DNA of 64,000 bases from Antedon mediterranea (Eukaryota > Animalia > Echinodermata), in contig NC_092672.1 of NCBI RefSeq assembly GCF_964355755.1, positions 37,082,437 to 37,146,436 on the forward strand, given 5' to 3'. Shown here piece after piece: positions 1-12,550 of the stretch. Made by a program: the position numbers and the translations under genes. Each line of letters starts with the position of its first letter. Position 1 is the first letter of the stretch. Below the pieces are notes generated by a model, which saw only the letters and a program-made list of their open reading frames with translations, ran no database searches and had not been told where the DNA came from.

Positions 1-1036
1 TAAAAGATCAATATTGCAATTATAAATTTCGATAAAACTTGTATAATACTCAATACGTAATATCTAAAATTACATCAACATGCTGACAATTATAACGTGA
101 TTCCAAACCGCAACCATTATAGAATGGCAACGCATCGATTGTGAGTGAAACCCGAGTAAACTCTCAACAAATACGATGCCGATGCATTTTGCACCAGGTG
201 TAACACTGATGCACAATGTCGTTGCCCCTAACGTTATTGCACTCCTACTATTTACCAGCTCCGAATATGACACGACTTAATAAACACCTGTCCACACGAC
301 GTGTAGTCTTGCGCGCAACCTAATTCGCGATGACAAGGTACTGTCGTCTGTTTTACAGGTAAAATTGCGCGCTTAATCTGCAGGCGATCTAATTGATGAA
401 ATTGAGAGATTCTCGGTATGTCAGGCCCAGGGCTTGCACAACGGCACCGCGTGGGATTTAATTAAATGTGTAATTGACTATTACTCCGACTGTCGGCGGT
501 GGTAAAAAGATGAACAGTTTCAAAATAGTATATTCGAGTGCCACTAAGGTTAGATTGTGTGTAATCGGTGTGGTGTTAAATGATTTCTGCAGCACTTAGA
601 CACGCGCGGTGAACCGATTATCGGAATCCTACCGATATCTCCCCAGTTCCTAAATCAGTTTAAGTGCCCCCTTCGCGCCCTTCAACAACGTGGAGCTAAG
701 TTCACATCGTGTGCGAGAATCATTTCGTCGTGTGAACAGTACGTGCTGCGTTATGACAATATTCTTTTTTTTAAACCAACAATTTAAAACATCATAAACA
801 GTATATAAATAAAAGTAGTACAACAGGTAAATGCAAATAATATACTCGCAGCAAAACATAAATGACTATCGGAACCGTACTAAAATGCGCATGCGTTGAT
901 GTCGACATGCGCGTAATTGATAAACATACACAGGGGCACTGGCATCGAATCGCTTTTAAATATAGGCGCGCATGCGTTGTCCTAAATGGAAAAAAAAATA
1001 TATACATATACATAACAGTCCAAGTCAGTTAACCTA

Positions 1037-1204
1037 AAGCCCTGTCTACACTATCAAACTTTATGTGACACAAATGCATTTGATGTGCCCATATATGGAC
1101 ATGATGATGTCATATCACTACCATATTTGAACATATCACTACCATATTTGGGCACATCACTACCATATTTTGATCAAACTAGTTTGATAGTGGAGACAGA
1201 GCTT
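1037..1204. mobile_element. MITE family 1 (TIR AAGCYCTGTCTACACTATCAAAC; TA/TWA flanks, Harbinger/Tourist-like)
   Basis: Clear TIRs; related copies at ~3760-3856, 10333-10455, ~19270-19362, ~19468-19625 and 34305-34389. Confidence 0.82.
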
Positions 1205-3267
1205 TAGATGGAATATGTTACGGTATATACAAATAATAAAGCTATTTCATTAAATTACCCATAATTCTGTACGGTTATTGTCTGAATCAAGAGCAGTTGC
1301 TGTAAATTACAGTCATTATTGATATGGCTAACAACTCGAAATAAGTAATTACAATTTACGAGCTGCAGTCTTAATTGCAACTTTAATTGACTCCATTTAG
1401 CATAAATCTTTTCAGAATGAACTTGTTTTTTTGTTTGTTAATGATAGTGCATGAATTGTGTTATATTTGCCGGATTGTACAACTCAAACGTGACATGGTC
1501 GATTTTAGATGCCAATATGATCTATGGCAATCGATAAAGTCTCCAACAAAATATCGATTAAAGTTTATATATATCTATAATATCAGTAATATAAGTCGTA
1601 TATATATACATTATTTTTTCCTTGGAATATTGTTACAAATATTAATGTGAGAAGATGCTAACGCATTTTGCGTTTACGTAATATGCGCGCAACGCAAACG
1701 CGTTTGTCAAATCCATCAGAATTGTATTTCTAACTCATTTATCTTTATTCAGATGTCGTCTAAATTTTATAATAAATTGATTTACATTCTAACCTTTAAA
1801 GACAAACGTTTTTACTTGTAGTAATTAGTCAGTACAATTTATTTTGTTCTTAATTTATACGTAATGTTATACTTTCTATGGACCAAAGATTGAATAAATT
1901 GAATGACTGATCAGTAACAGAGTTATCACATGTTAGGTTAAATTGGGCTCTGTAAATATTGGTTCTGTATCATAAATTGAAAGCATTGCTTCATTGATAT
2001 TGTGACACATGGCCATTTATTTGTGTGTGTGTAGTTATGCTATTCATGAATATTTAGCGTGTGCCTAGGAAGCATATTGACATGTGTGTTTTAGGGACAT
2101 TTTTTTCTAATAACATCAAAATTTGTAGTTATTTTAAACCTTATTTAGTGTCAATAATAATAATTCACATTTTTTTTCCAAGCAGTAAGTTTTTTCTTCA
2201 CTTTCTTTTCAAAGAAAATAGAAATATCTAGAACTCGACTCGAATATCCAGCTGTCACTGTAAACCAAAATATATTGTTTTCTTTTCCTTTTTACCATTC
2301 TAAATGATTTTAAAATTAATGACCTCCTTCATAAAAAAAGTGATAATTATAACGCAATCAATCTTAACTTAGTACCATTATTTTTAGAAGATGGCCTGTA
2401 ATTGATTCCGTCATACTCTAGAAAAAGCGCGCCAATCTTTCGCGCGGTTTATCAGCTCGACACGGTTTATTCACCAGATACTTGTATTTAAACCTGCATT
2501 TTAATATATCGTGTTTATGTAGACAGCTGTTGAATGCTGATTCTGATATTATAATAAACACTGGAATACGAGCAGCGTCGTCGTCGTCGTCAGCGCCAGT
2601 CTTACCATGTCCATCGATCAATGGTATCATCATCATATTTATAACGACATTGATTTTTCTGCTACCGCGTTAATTCTTCTTCACTAGGTTTTCATTAGGC
2701 CTACTATTACCATCGACTACATTAGGCGGCGGACCACTGCGATTCGTAGCAGAGGTTGAGAACTTTGACAGAATGATGAAAATATAAACCTGCAGGAAAA
2801 TAATGGCAATGGGCAGGATCCTGTAAAGGGGCATGAACGGGCATAAAGGGGTATGGAAGGACAGGTAGAGTAAAGAAAGAGTTGCACACATCATAAATGG
2901 CAAGAGAAATCCGGTTGGTCGGCGTTGGGGATTACGTAGTATTCCAAAACCTTAAAATGAAATGATTCTCTTTCGCTGTCTAGTTGTCAAGCCATAGTTT
3001 ATATACATCTGTAAGTTTGTTTATATGGCGTTTCTTTACACCGACATCGAATTCCACAAATCCTAATGTACAGTTGAAAACTAATGCATTAAGTCACACA
3101 GTATACATGTTAGAATAGTTTAGTTTAAGCAACCCGATGTCGATGACGTCACTATGCGCAGAACGCACAAACAAGACGATATACATAATAGTATGATGAA
3201 TGTTAAGTTTACATTGTTTTGCAATGTTATTTTTACGGTATGCAGTAGATTGTACGGTTATATCCTA

Positions 3268-3591
3268 AAGCTGCATTCACACTTGTTCCGTTCCGTTTCA
3301 CGGAAGATGACGCCGTTTAATTATTTTCAGGATTTTTTATTAAGGGTCTTTCACACCTGTTCCGGTACGGTTCCGGTCCGGCGAATCAAACATCAATGTT
3401 TCGTTTTCACGACTCTCCACGCGGCTATGCACCAATCGATATGCACGTAGCCACGTGAAAACGAAACTTTGACGTTCGATTTGATTTCCGGCGCCGACCG
3501 GAACCGTGCCGGTACAGGTGTGAAATACTATTCAGTTAACAAACGATGCCGTCTTCCGTTCCGTGAAACGGAACAAGTGTGAATGTACCTT
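3268..3591. mobile_element. Two nested palindromic MITEs (inner ~3343-3530)
   Basis: Outer AAGCTGCATTCACACTTGTTCCG / CGGAACAAGTGTGAATGTACCTT with TA flanks; inner TTTCACACCTGTTCCGG / CCGGTACAGGTGTGAAA. Confidence 0.78.
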
Positions 3592-5704
3592 TACTGATGA
3601 TGACCGATGCATGGGTTTCGGCATTGTTGATCTGACATGATTAACAGTGATTGGTGGAGGTGATGATAATAATGAATATATTCATGGAGCTTAATTATCA
3701 TTCCCAGTGTGCCGCTGAATTTGACATAGGCGCCAGATAATGACGTCATGATGATGCTTAAAGCTCTGTCTAAACTAGTAAAAAAAAGTGTGATGCGCCC
3801 AAATATGGTGTGATGACATCATCATGTCCATATATTTTTTGTCACATACAGTTTGATTAGGTCAATTGATTTAAGATAGTTACTAAAATTCTGTAGATGG
3901 ATTTTGATGATGCAGCAACGACAAAAATAGTGTCTCAAAATGAAGCCATGTGTTCGTTGGTGACCGGATTTCATAATACGAATCGTTGGGATTTACTCTG
4001 TAGATGGTCACTGACATTGTATGTTAGTATAATCAATGGGTCACTCGACCGAATGGCCAATATTTGACTGACCACTCGACTTGGGAATAACTTGATATCG
4101 AGATGACCACCGAGTGCCATGGTGACCATTGTGCAGGAGAGGGCGACTATCTGACCATTGATGGAGGACCAACTAAATGTTCGCATAACCATTGATATAA
4201 CTGGATGACCGGAAGGAAACGTCCTGAATGTGAGATCACGTTACATACAATGTTGTTTGCACTATGCCGATATTTATATTGGGGAATCATTCGACGTAGA
4301 CGACTTTATTCTGGCACTCCATTTGCATGCGATCAGCTAATGTATTGGTATTTAGTAGTTGACAAAATAAAACATCTGAGATCATTATGTGCAGCAAGAA
4401 AGCATTTTATAAAACGTCGTTTTTATATTCGAATCCAAATGGATTAGACGTTTGTCCTGTAAAGACATACGTCTCTCGCAAGTCATTTTAATGACCAACA
4501 AGGCGTTTGTCATCCGGCTGAATAGAATTAATGGATCATAGAAACAGTGCACTGATTGTGAAATGCAGCTAATGGTATTTGTCCGTCAAACATGGTTATA
4601 TAATATATGTACCCGGCGGCCGTTGATCAATACAGAATACGAAATTAGATATTACCATTCATAAATTATGCATACAATTTAGTACAAATAGCGAGTTCTT
4701 ACCTGTTGTGAAGACGACGATTAACAGGAAAACAAAAACAATATGAGATTTCATTTGCGAAGTTACAAGAGTGGAGGATTGGTTACCGGTTGAATGCATG
4801 CTGTCAAATGCAGGAGGCCTTACATGTAGTATGATGATTGAAAAGGTGATTGTTGACGCTACACTGTTTTATTCTGTAATATATTAATATAAAATCAATC
4901 ACCGATAGTTAACATAAAATAATTCAGCAATTAAAATCTAGAATTATTTTCCTAGCAAGCATACATTATCAACCTTCATCCACCTCTATATATAATATAC
5001 TTCATATCTCTCATTCTTTGTTTCGTCAAAGCAAAATAAAATAATACCTTAAAAGTTATCCGGTTGTAAAACAGAAGTCAACCGTCCTAGAAAAGAAGTA
5101 GTACATGGCAGACTTGACAGTTGATTATTTGTCTATATCCAGTTGTACAGAATATGAAAGTATCTCGTGCTAACATCATTGCTAGTTTACAACGTAGCAA
5201 GACATATACCGCGATACAAAACACGATTCCACTTGAGTTCCTTCGCAACCCGTGGCGGTATTACTCCGCGCATGCTCACACTAATGCGCCAACCTTGGAT
5301 TACCTTTTGATAATGATAGTATGCGATGTATAATAAACGACGAATTATCAAATTTGTTTTAATTATATCTGATTAAAAAGATATATGTTCGATTGGATGT
5401 CTTTATTGAAGCCATAAATCAACACAATATTTTTCTGGGCAAATACCCGTACGTTTAGCTATTGAGAATTTTGCTTTGTAAATTATGCAAATGTGTGTTA
5501 TATTATCTATTTAAAATAATCAAATATTTGAATGGATTTAGAAGTGAATAACACACACTTTCTGATATAAATTTGGAATTTCAGCAGGGAATCGTTAACA
5601 GAAAGTTTAATTGGAAGCCGAGTTATTATTAACACTTATGTCGGTAAACCACTCATAATTCTCAGATTCGTAAATGTTCTTATACGGTCTAATGATTCAT
5701 TATA

Positions 5705-5806
5705 TCCTCGCATAAACCACATTTTAGTCCTCGCATAAACCACATTTTAGTCCTCGCATAAACCACATTTTAGTCCTCGCATAAACCACATTTTAGTCCT
5801 CGCATA
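5705..5806 (+). repeat. 23-bp tandem repeat (TCCTCGCATAAACCACATTTTAG) x ~4.4
   Basis: Directly visible, perfect units. Confidence 0.95.
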
Positions 5807-6131
5807 CATTGAACGAAAACATAAGTTACCGGCAGTATGTCTTTATTTAATACAGGATGAAATTATGGTAAAATATTCATTTGGGAGTACTCTGAGTGGG
5901 TGTAATTATAAAATTAAATAAATCTCATGATCCAATATATATATTTTTAATGCAAATGTTCTTTTAATGTGAAGAAAAAAGTATTGATGTTAGATATGGC
6001 CTAAAAAGATTTGAAAAGCAATGCAAACCCAAATTTGTTTTCAGTTTGATTTTAATTTTGGTAATGTGTTCTGTTGATCAGAATGATTGTCCTGTTGTAT
6101 TTATTTAGTTTATAAAATGTTAAAGAATTCA

Positions 6132-6590
6132 CTTTTTTTTTATTTTTTTTAAAACCATATTTAATGAGGGTGATCCATCCAGCAATTGCTGATTATAAGG
6201 GACCCTCATAGGTTCACAAGACAAACATATACACAAGATGCTCTACATAAACAAAGTCTTATTACAAGTCTTTGGGAGCGGAGTTGTAAAATCGTACAAA
6301 TACAAATCGTACAAATACCAAGTTGTGTAAACGTTGTTAGTTATTCAGTACAGCAGGATTACATTTTGAGACTACTTTCAAATATTTTTTGTTGACAAAC
6401 ATCGACTTGATATCATTATCTGTTTCATCCAATTATTTTGGGTTTTAAGGTTATCTAAAAGATCAAAGGGACCCTTAGGGTAGAAGCATACATTCGAACG
6501 TTTCGTCTCTGACTCCGGGCATAAATTCTCTAGACATTTTATTTTGTATATACTACGCCTTCGTTGCCATAATTGTGGTATGACGGTCAT
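6132..6590 (-). mobile_element. Probable 3' end relic of a CR1/L2-like LINE
   Basis: Poly-T run (poly-A on minus) next to a GAGGGT...ACCCTC stem-loop; degenerate frame LWQRR...YKIKCLENLCP resembles a LINE ORF2 C-terminus. Confidence 0.4.
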
Positions 6591-6758
6591 CAACATTGTA
6601 TACGTATTTTGATTTGTTTTGTCGTCGAATCATCAACGTTGTCTTTCAATGACAACCAATCTAATTAGGACATGTTAGTTACGGTAAATCTGATGAAATA
6701 CCCATCTCATTAGAAATCACGAACAAAATTCACAAAACTTCATCATCATTAATCACTA

Positions 6759-6939
6759 AAGCGTGGTTCCCACTAGCGACGCAATACAAGGACCTAACGC
6801 AACGCAAGTGAATTGACCAATCACAAGCGATGGCTTATTCGCTTGTGATTGCTAACTGTCTATAACTTCGCTTGTCATTGGTTAAAACGCTTGCGTTGCG
6901 TTTACGTCCTTGCGTTACGTTCTAGTGGGAATCAAGCTT
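6759..6939. mobile_element. MITE family 2 (palindromic; GGTTCCCACTAG termini, GACCAATCACAAGCGA core)
   Basis: Whole-length inverted repeat with TA flanks; degenerate copies at ~9815-9900, ~11345-11470, ~13270-13380, ~29380-29520 and ~33735-33850. Confidence 0.8.
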
Positions 6940-9900
6940 TAGCAACATTCACATTCACATTCATCGAGTTAATCAATATAATTATTGATTAATAATCAAT
7001 TTATAAAACAATAATAATAAATTATAAGTCCTAAAGACAGTGAAAGATTTTAAGCATGTTATATTTTAATAAGCTGTTTTTGGCTGATATGTTTGTTCTT
7101 TTGTACATATATAGGAAATGCTATAGGCCCAAGTAGCCCTTGTGGGACAAGGGTTCCAGTCAGTTGACATGATACTGCACGATGTTTATCACTAGGCATG
7201 ATACCACGTATTAGGTGGATTTTAGTTACTCGCTGTTAAACACAAACATCGCACGTTTGTTTCATAAAATAAATATAATTACTTACATACCATTTAAAAT
7301 ACCATTTTCAATTCATTTTTGACAAAATATGCTATATTATTTTGTTAAAAAATTAGTAAAAAAAATTCTTTAAGTTTACTCACCTTTAGAAACTGAATGT
7401 GTTGGTTAGAAATTATTTAATTCAGGAATTAGAAATTATAAATGATTTGTATTATTAGTATGGTTATTGATATTGTCACACATGTACAACAGATAACTTA
7501 ATGTACCCTTAATAAATGTCTCTATCGGTTAATTAAAACATTCCTACCGTTACCCCCAGTAGAACCGTTATTTACATTCGTAACTTGTTATTTATACAGT
7601 GGATGTAATTATTGAATAACCAGCTGAAATATGTCGTATAATTCACGACTCATTTCAATAGTTTTCACATCGATTAGGTTCGGTCAAACGGAAGCAAATG
7701 CTTACACATTATCTCGCTTCATTATCACCCATCTTCAATGTTGGACAACACCTTCCTTATCACCCATTGCAACCTTCGCGGAATTCGTGTCAATATTTTC
7801 CACATCGACGAAATCGTTGACGTTCCATAGGTGAAGGAGTTATGTAAATGTTGGGGAATAACCTGTTTCTTGCAGAAACATACAGGTGTAGACGACACGC
7901 ACATTGTGTCATACATCTGTCAACAACGCTCATACGTGGACCAGTATACACATCCGGGTAGTCCCCAACTTTTCTAAAAGATTCACTGGGTATTTTGAAG
8001 TGCACGTAAGTTAGTTAAACTTCTTCTTATCCGAGAAGAATTCGAGAGGAGCTTTGAACCTGGGCATATTTTATGGTTGTTATGCTCCACTGTTCTGTTT
8101 ATTCTTTTCCTTTATAGATATTTATACGTGTAGTTGGCCAATGCATGTTTTTTAGATTAAAAATGGAGTTTACTTCAGAATTACCTGAAAAAAATGATGT
8201 TGCAATTTGTATAGCATACGGTATCTGCTGAAAAACTCGTAATACAGAGATTACCGACGATATTTTCTTCAAACCATCATGTCATGTCTTAAATCTTGAA
8301 TATATTATAACTTAAATCTAATCAGAAAAGGCATGTTCAGTAGGCCTATAGGACATTGGTTTGAGAACAGAAATACAAGTATTATAAAGAAAGCACTCAA
8401 TTGTTTATTTTTCTTATTTTAAAACAATGTTTTTCCAATAGTAACACAAATTAAGTAGTAACATAACTCGTCACCAAACGAGTTAGGTGATTTGATGAAT
8501 CACATTATGCCAAAATCTTGGTTATAATAATTAGACAACCTATACATAGGTTTCTGTGATGGTTTTATACACATGTAATGGGGCCAAGAAGCATGTATCA
8601 CAGTGTTTATTTGAATAAAATGTGATGGTTTAAAGAAATTTGAAAGTGAGTACACGTTGCTATTGAGTAATACGATATTTTTTACAATTAACGATGTAGT
8701 ATATATTACAGTATAATAGCAGTATTATTGAAAATAATTTCAAATTTATTTTTTTTATATTTATGAATATTATAATTAGCCTAAGGCTTCGTAAGCAACT
8801 GAAATTCAAGACAGTAAATTTCACATACATTACATAATAAACAAACAGACAGGCACAGATGCACGAAATTAGAGTTAATTATCGGACCCGTTCAAGCTTA
8901 GTTATTTACCAGGGTAAGTTGGTTCACCACCACCACAACCAATGTTAGCGGTATAGCTATACCCATGAAATCAACATACCAAGATGAATTAACAAGCCTT
9001 AATGAATCCCCTGGTGTAATCAATTTTACCAGCTCATAACAACATAGAAATCTTTAAATAATTTCATTTGAACATTTTGCAATTCCTATAGAAATGTTTT
9101 ATAGTAGGCCTCCCTTTAAAACAAATTCCCTTCTATCGAGAATAACCATACCTTTAAAAAAAATATAAATACATTGTTGTCAATTAATAATTGTGGTCTT
9201 ATTTAAATATGTTGCATGTCAGGGGCGAACCTAGAGGTGGGGGACAGATAAAATGAAATTAAAAACTACTTTTTGTTTAGGACAGAATATTAATATTAAT
9301 TATTATGCTAGCGCTTTCCATGTATCCGACCCCTGCATTTTAATGTACAATGCAAATCGTAATTCTGAATAATGTTTTATTTTAAAATGTGAGTAAACAT
9401 CACATCGTTGCCTACAATCAGTGCTGCATAAGTGCTAAATACAGAAATCATTTCATATTTCTACTAAAACTGCAAATCGTCTGTAAGCGACAAATTACAC
9501 ATAATATATCGTTTCTACGATCATCTCCACTTTCATTGTTGAATTTGCTAATTCGCTTTAAATGCTTTCATTAGTCTCCAAAGCGTTTCATTAGTGGCCA
9601 AAGCGTTTTTGTTTCGTACTTGATATAACGAAAGAAAAAAAAAGAAATATGAACCGCTTAGATTAGTGAGCCGGAATTTCGGTTGTGCAAGCATGGAAGC
9701 ATAGTGTATAATTTATGCTAATATATTTTGTAAAATATTCTACACAAATGTTACACTTGATTATGTATTAGATAAAGTATTATGTTCCATGGCATTCTTA
9801 GTAGTTTAGTTTGGACGTGCGCGCAACTAACAATTTCACCAATCACAAGTCATAGTTAGGTTAAGCCGTCGCTTGTGAGTGGTCAATTACTTAATTTGAG

Positions 9901-10332
9901 TGGGCGTCCTCCAGCACCTTCTTGTGCATATCTTTTCCTATATTCATCTTACAAAACCATTAATAAAGTAAACAAAAGCCACGCTTCCTTTTTGAAAACA
10001 CAAACTAGTTCTTAAGCTTCATAATTAAGCTTCGATTATCTTTCGGAATAATATGACCGCGATAATTTAATACACAATCTCAGGTCTATATATAGGCTAG
10101 GCCTAAATAATCAGTATCTAATGGCAATATCATTTTCAAATTAATAATTGTATTCGTTCCACCTTTGGACCTGGTGTTTATCTCGAAATGAGTTGTGTTT
10201 GATTATTACTATTTAAATTATTTATACAATATAATGACAAAAGTTAAAACTAAAAACTAAAGAAAAAATAGCAAAACACTATTATAATTATTTTCATCAT
10301 CCGCATTTGGAAAACCTTCTGTATACCATCTA

Positions 10333-10455
10333 AAGCCCTGTCTACACTATGAAACAAGTTTGACAAAAAAGTATGATGTGCCCAAACATGGTAGTGATAT
10401 GACATCATCATTACAATTTGTTGTCACATAAAGTTAGACAGTGCAGACAGAGCTT
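10333..10455. mobile_element. MITE family 1 copy, ~300 bp downstream of the gene A stop
   Basis: ta|AAGCCCTGTCTACACT...AGTGCAGACAGAGCTT|ta. Confidence 0.8.
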
Positions 10456-10754
10456 TACATAGGCTGACGGTGGTAAGTTGTGACATTTCGCCAGCTTCAC
10501 GAAGAGCCGAATCAAGCTACACGTGTCACGTGGTGGACGTAATGGGCGTGGAAGCACTGCGTTGTTCCGCGTTATTGTTGCCACCGAAACTGATTCCTTG
10601 GTTACTACAAGTTAACGAAGATTCTCTTTCAACATAATCATATTTCTTATAAACAATCATAAATTCAGGAAGTCCAGCTTTCCACAAATCTCAAATTAAA
10701 TTTCAGTAGGTCTACAACATGAAGTCATTGTTTATGACGTCATATTATTTTGTT

Positions 10755-10940
10755 TTAATATTCATAACTCTCTAATAGGATTGGTGGGATAGGAATAGTA
10801 GTGTTGTGCTTAGTTACTGGTTCCCACAACATTGGTGAATTCAAGATGATGCCGAGTGTTCCGCTGGTACATAGCACTGCAAATACCCACAAGAAAATGC
10901 GATCGATTACCATAGCAACATACTTCCAATCTTCACGTAT
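10755..10940 (-). CDS. Gene A exon 6 (M4 and C-terminus)
   Basis: tttcag|[20 protein letters not shown]...LLESYEY*. Confidence 0.96.
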   Translation of the reverse strand: MREDWKYVAMVIDRIFLWVFAVLCTSGTLGIILNSPMLWEPVTKHNTTIPIPPILLESYEY

Positions 10941-12496
10941 CTGAAATAGAAAGATCATAGTGATGATTGCTTTTGCTTTCGTTAGTTGTGACTTAGCGAA
11001 ACAGAGCGGTATATTGAAGATACGCGTGAGCGTGCACGTCAGTAAGCGTAATCACATACTAGCTGTTCTCAATATCCGTCCTGTTTCGTTAAATAAAATG
11101 ATAAAAACCAACCAAGCCCTGGATAGTACATTATTCTATTCATTATAGTACAACAGTTCGGTAGTTTGTGTTCCTTTACACACATGGTCTTCAATATGAG
11201 ATCCTATGATGTTTATAGAATATTTTGTGTTACTAGACGCTATAGTAATTTAGTGAACTCATAAATACATACAGTATGGATTTTTGGCATAGTATTACTG
11301 TAATTGCTTTTAGTATAGTTTATTTTAGGGATATTAAGGACACAATACAAGGATGCACACGCAACGTAATTTGACCAATCACAAGCGTCATTTTGGTTTT
11401 TCTGTGATTGATCAAATTACGTGCGTTACGCGTATATCCTTGCGTTGCGTCCAGTAGCAACAAACTTTAAGTGTATTACCAAGCTATCTTCGTCGCTAAG
11501 TTTTAAATGCGATGCTATATATTCTATCGAGTCAATGGCTTCTCGACATTCAGTGGGTAAATCTTGTGAATTATCAATATCACTATCTCTTTGTTGAATT
11601 TCTTCTAACAATGAAGGTGTAATAGTGTTCATCATGTACTTTGTAGACAGTTTAAAATCTGGACTAGACCACATCGGATAAAATGGCCTGCCATTTGAAG
11701 ACATCCGTTTTCCACGTGACTTATCACATCTATCACAAAGCTTAGCTCCTCCAGGCCTTGACATGCAAAGGATTTTGGGAAACGTATGTAGAAAGACGTT
11801 TCGTATCCAATCTGGCATTTCGTGCGTTGTCGCTGACCTGAAGTGGACATTGATGACTATGACTGTAACGAATATTGACGCCGTTACCAGACCCATGGTG
11901 AAGAGCATGTAACGACCAATTAATGGCAGGTTGTTTGACGTTGGCGGAATAATACTAGGAATTAACAAAAGAAACACAATCAAAGCAAGAAGAATTGAGA
12001 TTGACAACGTAATCTTCTCCTGCGCGTCTGAGGGTAAATAGAACACCAGAACGGTGAGAAATGAGATCAACATACACGGTATAACCAATGTAACGATATA
12101 AAACAAAGGCTTCCTATGAATGATAAATTTAACGGTAATGTCAATATAGAACTCATTTGGGCAACACAGATAAGAAAGATTATTCCTTTCTACTGGTGCT
12201 TCCATAATTTGCCATTCACCATTTGGCCAATAGTCTTCCAAATTCACTGATTTATATAATGGAGTCATATCAATGAAACTAGAATCGTGAGTCCAGGAGC
12301 CAAATTTCATTTTGCATGTCTGCTCGTCAAAAGGAAAGAATTCGATTTTGATCAAGCATGATGTTTTAAAGATGGCAGGAGGCATCCAGAACACATCACC
12401 CCTGTAACCAACGATTGCGTTCGTCATAAACTGCAGGTCATAGTCGCCATCAGCACTGAAAAGAAAAAAAGTAAGAAATAAGTGGAACCAAAAAGA

Positions 12497-12550
<54 letters not shown>

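Noticed and set aside
7662-8005. Exon-like segment bounded by AG and GTAAGT on the plus strand
   Set aside because: The frames I followed hit stops and no recognisable protein emerges; a non-coding exon cannot be supported without RNA data.
9220-9335. CAGGGGCG...CCCCTG short inverted ends (hAT-like MITE?)
   Set aside because: Too degenerate and no TSD visible.
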